DNA of 64,000 nucleotides from an uncultured Aquimarina sp. (GTDB lineage Bacteria; Bacteroidota; Bacteroidia; Flavobacteriales; Flavobacteriaceae): NCBI GenBank assembly GCA_947492105.1, contig CANLMN010000004.1, positions 113,894 to 177,893 of the forward strand, read 5' to 3'. Shown piece by piece: positions 58,954 to 64,000 of this stretch (position 1 is its first letter; each line of letters starts with the position of its first letter). The notes under the pieces were generated by a model. It saw only the letters and a program-made list of their open reading frames with translations, ran no database searches and was not told where the DNA came from. The position numbers and the translations under genes were made by a program.

Positions 58954-59688
58954 TCAAATCTTTATACGGCTTGCTCCAGTAATTTGCCATTTTTCATTTT
59001 GCGAAAAACCAACAATAGAAAGTTTATCGGTTGCGCGAATCCAACTTGGTAATTCTAACACTGCCCTGCCTTCTGATTCTTTGCGAACGATCCGAGATGC
59101 AACTATATTGGCATTCTTGAGAGTCCGGTTACGGTTCTCTCCTCTTACAATCTTAGTTACTCGCTCTGAGACCACTAATACAAGTGTAATATCCTTAATT
59201 GTTGCTCCTTCGGTTTTATAATCAAGTACAATTTTGTCCGTACTGCTAGTACGTATTTTGAGAGCTATTGTATTTGCAGCTTTTTGTTGTTGTTGAGTAC
59301 TGATCGTTTGTAGGGCTCTTTGCTTATGGCCTCCTACAAATTCTGTCATCCCATTTACTACTAATTGTGGTGTGTATATATTTTTCGAACGAAAAACACT
59401 TGCATAACTTCTTTGATAGTCAGAAAAATCTTTTTGACTAAAAGGATCTTTCCATCCTAAGCGATTCCAATAATCTACATGATACGAAAGTACAAATACA
59501 TCCTGCTTTGCATAGATATTCTTCAATTCGTCCAAAAGTTCATCAGCAATCGGACAACTACTACATCCTTGAGATGTAAACAGTTCTAACACTACGATAG
59601 GCTTGTCCTTTTCTTGTCCTTGTACTGCAAAAAAAGTTCCACAAAAAAACAACATCAAAAATGATCTCCACAAATACCTTCTGAACAT
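58954..59688 (-). CDS. DUF1223 (thioredoxin-like) protein
   Basis: Signal peptide from ATG 59688 (MFRRYLWRSFLMLFFCGTFFAVQG). ELFTSQGCSSCPIADE motif. The track start at 59820 adds 44 unlikely residues. Confidence 0.8.
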   Translation of the reverse strand: MFRRYLWRSFLMLFFCGTFFAVQGQEKDKPIVVLELFTSQGCSSCPIADELLDELKNIYAKQDVFVLSYHVDYWNRLGWKDPFSQKDFSDYQRSYASVFRSKNIYTPQLVVNGMTEFVGGHKQRALQTISTQQQQKAANTIALKIRTSSTDKIVLDYKTEGATIKDITLVLVVSERVTKIVRGENRNRTLKNANIVASRIVRKESEGRAVLELPSWIRATDKLSIVGFSQNEKWQITGASRIKI

Positions 59689-59918
59689 AATTACATTTAT
59701 TTTAACAATAATTAAGACGTGAAAAACCAAAAAACTTACGATTACAGTAACGTTCCTGTGGATCCTGTGAAAATACTGATATAAACACCTCTTTACAAAA
59801 CCTAAAATAAACACACTCATTACTAGGAAATTACATTAATTTTTACTAATTTGTAGGAAATCCCTCATAGGCCTATTTTTTTTTAAGAACGAATTATTTG
59901 TTAATTTTTAAATATATA

Positions 59919-60869
59919 GCCATGGAAAAAAAATACATAGTATTTCTCTTTATTTTTAGTTGCCTAGGGAACAACTACGCGCAAGATATTTCTCAAATAT
60001 ATGAGAAAGTAAACCCAGCTGTAGTGGTAGTTTATAGTGACATGACTCTACATGCAGATTCTACTAGTGTCAATCCTATTGGTTCTGGTTTTATGATTTC
60101 TAATAGTGAAATCATAACAGCTGCCAATCTGATTCATGTAATGGACAAAGTCAAAATAGAGTTTTTGGATGGAGAAGTCCGGAATGCCGAAGTTATAGCG
60201 CTTAGTAAAAGTGCTGATTTAGCAATGGTAAGACTGGATTATCCAAAAGAAAATGCAGTTTCCGTTTCTTTGGGTAACTCAAATGAGCTACGTCATGGTA
60301 TGCCCATATTTATTGTAGTCGCTCCTGATCATTTAAAACACTCTCTATCCAAAGGAGGTATCAAAAAAGTGGTCAAAAGCAAAAGAAACATAGAAAGTAT
60401 TGATTATGTTATTACTTCAGCTCCTATAGAACCAACCTATATGGGAGGCCCTATGTTTAACGCAAAAGGAGAAGTCATGGGAGTTGTCAGCCATATGTTA
60501 GACATCACTCCAGAAAAAGATCCTATTCCCTATATCATCACTGCAAACACCTTAAAAGACCTCTTATTCGAAGAATTGCTAGAATGGAATGGAATTAATA
60601 CCAGACCACTAACTGGAATGGTTGGTACAGGATATAATCTCCCGCAAATGACAGGATTATTAGTGGAGCATGTAGAATCTATGTCTCCATTAGGCAAAAT
60701 GGGAGTACAAAAAGAAGATATAATATTATCGTTGGCAGATACCAAGGTAGAGTTTGAAGAAGAAACTTTGGAAAAAATGAAAGATATCTCTCATAAGTTA
60801 AAAGCCTATGAAGCCTTTGAAATGATGGTTCTAAGAGGTGACAAAGTGGTGTTCTTGAATCGAGAGTAA
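59919..60869 (+). CDS. HtrA/DegP-like trypsin-fold protein with a PDZ domain; the catalytic serine appears replaced
   Basis: Signal peptide MEKKYIVFLF.... GSGFMIS...IITAANLIHV. ADLAMVRL. The GNSGGP position reads PTYMGGPMF. C-terminal PDZ-like segment. Confidence 0.75.
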   Translation, partial: AMEKKYIVFLFIFSCLGNNYAQDISQIYEKVNPAVVVVYSDMTLHADSTSVNPIGSGFMISNSEIITAANLIHVMDKVKIEFLDGEVRNAEVIALSKSADLAMVRLDYPKENAVSVSLGNSNELRHGMPIFIVVAPDHLKHSLSKGGIKKVVKSKRNIESIDYVITSAPIEPTYMGGPMFNAKGEVMGVVSHMLDITPEKDPIPYIITANTLKDLLFEELLEWNGINTRPLTGMVGTGYNLPQMTGLLVEHVESMSPLGKMGVQKEDIILSLADTKVEFEEETLEKMKDISHKLKAYEAFEMMVLRGDKVVFLNRE

Positions 60870-60990
60870 ACTGTTTTGATAAGTACACATCCTTTGTTCT
60901 CTATTATGTTCGCCTACGATTACATTTTTAATGATATAACTAATTCAACATGCCTAGCTATATAATTTAAAAAGTTACCTCATAATAGCT

Positions 60991-61038
60991 AAAAAAGCTG
61001 TTTAAAAAGTATACTTATACTTTTTAAACAGCTTTTTT
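60991..61038. terminator. bidirectional terminator between the HtrA-like gene and valS
   Basis: AAAAA-AGCTGTTTAAAAAGTATA-ct-TATACTTTTTAAACAGCT-TTTTT, an 18-bp perfect stem. Confidence 0.85.
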
Positions 61039-61124
61039 AGGTTCATAAATGTATTGGTAAAGATCGTTGACATATAAACAGCTATACCATACTATCCCCA
61101 CCAAAACAAGCTATTTTATAGAAC

Positions 61125-63758
61125 TCACTTCAAACTTGCCAAACTCGCTTTGAGTGTTGCTATTTTTGCTTCTGCATCTGCCTGCTTATTACGTTCAATT
61201 ACAATGACCTTTTCAGGTGCATTGGCCACAAAACGTTCGTTACTTAATTTTTTCTGAACTGATTTCAGAAAACCTTCTGTATAATTTAACTCCTCTGATA
61301 TCTTTTTTATTTCTGCTTCTACATCAATGGTACCAGCTACAATAGGAATAAAATATTCGTTAGATTTCACTCTAAAAGACAACGCCCCATCTACACTTTC
61401 TGAAACATACTCCAAATCCGAGACATTACATAATTGTTTGATTACGGTATCAAAAGTAGGTTTTGCCTTGTCGTTATTTAGTACAGAAAGTGTTATAGCT
61501 TCTTTAAAAGCAATATTCTTCTCCTTACGAATCTTACGAACTCCCGAAATCACATCTGCGGCAACCTCAAAATCATTGATTAGCACCTCATCAATAGTAT
61601 GACTTTCTGGCCAAGATGCAATGATCAAAGCCTCTTCTGGAGTTCTATCTTTGATTGATTGCCAAATTTCTTCAGAAATAAATGGAACAAAAGGATGTAA
61701 TATTTTTAGGTTGTCTCCCAAAATTTTGATCACTGCAGCATACGTTACTGCATCTATAGGTGCTTGATATGCCGGTTTGACCATTTCTAACAACCAACTA
61801 CAGAAATCATCCCATATAAGTTTGTAAGTCGTCATCAAAGCATCACTCATTCGATATTTGCTATAATGATCCTCTAGCTCAAGTAAAGCTTTTTGAAATT
61901 TTGATTGGTACCATGCGATTCCTATTTTTGCTGCTTCTGGTTGCTCAATATCTTCATCGACTTCCCATCCTTTAATCAATCTATCAGCATTAAAGATTTT
62001 ATTAACAAAGGCACTACCTTGTTTACACAAATCTTCATCAAACATAAGATCATTACCTGCTGGAGAACTTAGGAGCATCCCTACCCTAATTCCATCAGCA
62101 CCATACTGCGCAATTAAATCTAATGGATCCGGAGAATTGCCTAGAGACTTAGACATCTTACGACGCTGTTTATCTCGCACAATACCCGTCAGATATACAT
62201 TATTGAAAGGTTTTTCTTTTCTATATTCGTATCCCGCAACAACCATACGCGCTACCCAGAAAAACAGAATCTCTGGAGCTGTAACCAAGTCATTGGTTGG
62301 ATAGTAGTAATTGATTTCTTTATTATCTGGCTCCAAAATTCCATTAAAAACAGTCATTGGCCATAACCAAGAAGAAAACCATGTATCCAATGCGTCTGGA
62401 TCCTGAGTAAGGTCTGTTTCTATTAATGTGGCGTTACCTGTTTTAGCTTTTGCTAAAGTTAATGCTTCTTCTTTACTTTCAGCAACTACAAAATCTTCTT
62501 TACCATCACCGTAAAAATAAGCCGGAATTTGATGTCCCCACCATAATTGTCTAGAGATATTCCAATCGCGAACATTCTCCATCCAATGACGATAGGTATT
62601 GATAAATTTTTCTGGAACCAATTTGACATCCTTATCCAAAACTGCTTCTAGAGCTGGTTTTGCCAAATCTTCCATCTTCAAAAACCATTGATCACTCAAT
62701 TTTGGCTCAATAACAGCTTTGGTACGCTCACTTGTTCCTACTTTATTTAAATGCTGTTCTGTTTTTTCTAATGCGCCAAGTGCTTCCAATTCCTTGGATA
62801 TTTCTTTTCTAACCACAAAACGATCTTTGCCTTGGTAATGCATACCAAAGCTATTTAATGTCGCATCATCATTAAAAATATCAATAACTTCTAAGCCGTG
62901 TTTATCACCCAAAGCCTTATCATTCATATCATGAGCTGGTGTGACTTTTAAACATCCAGTACCAAATTCCATATCCACATACTCATCCTCAATGATAGGA
63001 ATTATTCGATTAGCAATCGGGACGATTACTTTTTTTCCTTTCAGATGCGTGAAACGTTCATCATTAGGATTGATACATATTGCTGTATCCCCCAAAATAG
63101 TCTCAGGTCTCGTTGTTGCAACGGTTAGCACCTCTTGACTACCTTCTATTTTGTAATTCAGATAATACAAATTCCCTTGTCGCTCTTCATAAATGACCTC
63201 CTCATCGGACAAGGTGGTCAAAGCCTCTGGATCCCAATTAACCATTCGATACCCCCTATAGATCAGCCCTTTGTTATATAAATCTACAAAAACCTTGATC
63301 ACAGAAGCAGATAAATTGTCATCCATAGTAAAAGCAGTACGCTCCCAATCGCAAGAAGCCCCCAGCTTTTTTAATTGTTCTAATATAATTCCCCCATGCT
63401 TGTGTGTCCATTCCCAAGCATGCTCCAAGAACGTCTCTCGAGTCAAATCTGATTTTTCAATTCCCTCTGATTTAAGCTTAGCAACTACCTTTGCTTCTGT
63501 AGCAATAGATGCATGATCAGTACCAGGAACCCAACACGCATTATAACCTTTTAGTCGCGCACGTCGAATCAATACATCTTGAATAGTATTATTCAACATA
63601 TGCCCCATATGCAAGACACCTGTCACATTTGGCGGAGGAATTACAATCGTATATGACTCCCTATCATCTACCTCTGAATGAAAATATCCATGTTCCATCC
63701 AGTAGTTATACCACTTATTCTCTGTCGTCTGTGCATTATATTTTGCTGCTGAACCCAT
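61125..63758 (-). CDS. valS: valine--tRNA ligase
   Basis: Class-I HIGH ([13 protein letters not shown]) and KMSKS motifs, CP1 editing domain, C-terminal coiled coil, 877 aa. Confidence 0.97.
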   Translation of the reverse strand: MGSAAKYNAQTTENKWYNYWMEHGYFHSEVDDRESYTIVIPPPNVTGVLHMGHMLNNTIQDVLIRRARLKGYNACWVPGTDHASIATEAKVVAKLKSEGIEKSDLTRETFLEHAWEWTHKHGGIILEQLKKLGASCDWERTAFTMDDNLSASVIKVFVDLYNKGLIYRGYRMVNWDPEALTTLSDEEVIYEERQGNLYYLNYKIEGSQEVLTVATTRPETILGDTAICINPNDERFTHLKGKKVIVPIANRIIPIIEDEYVDMEFGTGCLKVTPAHDMNDKALGDKHGLEVIDIFNDDATLNSFGMHYQGKDRFVVRKEISKELEALGALEKTEQHLNKVGTSERTKAVIEPKLSDQWFLKMEDLAKPALEAVLDKDVKLVPEKFINTYRHWMENVRDWNISRQLWWGHQIPAYFYGDGKEDFVVAESKEEALTLAKAKTGNATLIETDLTQDPDALDTWFSSWLWPMTVFNGILEPDNKEINYYYPTNDLVTAPEILFFWVARMVVAGYEYRKEKPFNNVYLTGIVRDKQRRKMSKSLGNSPDPLDLIAQYGADGIRVGMLLSSPAGNDLMFDEDLCKQGSAFVNKIFNADRLIKGWEVDEDIEQPEAAKIGIAWYQSKFQKALLELEDHYSKYRMSDALMTTYKLIWDDFCSWLLEMVKPAYQAPIDAVTYAAVIKILGDNLKILHPFVPFISEEIWQSIKDRTPEEALIIASWPESHTIDEVLINDFEVAADVISGVRKIRKEKNIAFKEAITLSVLNNDKAKPTFDTVIKQLCNVSDLEYVSESVDGALSFRVKSNEYFIPIVAGTIDVEAEIKKISEELNYTEGFLKSVQKKLSNERFVANAPEKVIVIERNKQADAEAKIATLKASLASLK

Positions 63759-63882
63759 AGTTTGGTCTGATTTTTGTCATTTAGATTGCAAAAGTACTTA
63801 TTACCATGAGAATCTGAAAGACTTCTTAGAGATTTTGAAGTTTAATAAAAAATAGTATTTTTACCAAAACTAAACCACACTT

Positions 63883-64000
63883 ATGAAAAACTTTATAACA
63901 ATTTTATTTATTAGTTTTCTGACAATTACCCTAAATGCTCAGGAAGCTAAAGCAGGAATAGAATTTAAAACAGATGTAATTGAATATGGCGAAATCCCCA
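63883..64000 (+). CDS. secreted protein, N-terminal fragment (DUF1573-like?), runs off the right edge
   Basis: ATG 63883 gives MKNFITILFISFLTITLNAQEAKAGIEFKTDVIEYGEIP. A signal peptide followed by an ...F....(F/Y)GEI... start resembles DUF1573 proteins. Confidence 0.45.
   Translation, partial: MKNFITILFISFLTITLNAQEAKAGIEFKTDVIEYGEIP

Noticed and set aside
1-64000. tRNA, rRNA and riboswitch scan (T-loop GGTTCGAATCC-like motifs, rRNA blocks, TPP or cobalamin cores upstream of the TonB-dependent receptor)
   Set aside because: I saw nothing resembling these by eye. The absence is not proven without tRNAscan or cmsearch.

Overview
The window looks like a chromosomal segment of an AT-rich Flavobacteriia (Bacteroidota) genome. 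Evidence: a T9SS C-terminal sorting domain, TAnnTTTG-type -7 promoter boxes, a CarboxypepD_reg-type TonB-dependent receptor, and DUF4199/DUF4159/DUF1573-type proteins. Most of it is housekeeping: valS, ychF, glmM, truA, rpmE (type B), ggt, acpH, rocD, a phospho-sugar mutase, an MsbA-like ABC exporter, an RsmB-like methyltransferase and an ECF sigma operon. Four things stand out. (1) A 4.3-kb gap with no ORF of 60 aa or more (31515-35837) holds a same-strand tandem array of 6-7 units. Each unit has its own promoter, a variable 5' hairpin, a conserved core of about 70 nt and an intrinsic terminator whose stem covaries between copies. Most units are preceded by a TTATCT-N18-AGATAA palindrome. I read this as a multi-copy, co-regulated small-RNA family that I cannot assign to a known class. 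(2) A minus-strand accessory operon at the left edge (1-6365) encodes two paralogous proteins of about 200 aa, small orphan proteins, a NUDIX protein, a 967-aa orphan protein and a tail-collar-domain protein. There is an internal terminator after the second gene. (3) A 1056-aa fusion of a catalase-like domain to a LodA/GoxA-type quinone oxidase is translationally coupled to a LodB-like flavoprotein. (4) Intergenic space is densely colonised by at least 22 copies or fragments of three related long-palindrome MITE-like repeat families. They share ATACCA...TGGTAT termini and a CATAGCC-N-TAGCTATG hairpin tip, and they insert into each other's tips. I found no rRNA, tRNA or CRISPR array. All family calls rest on motif recognition by eye, and no database search was possible.
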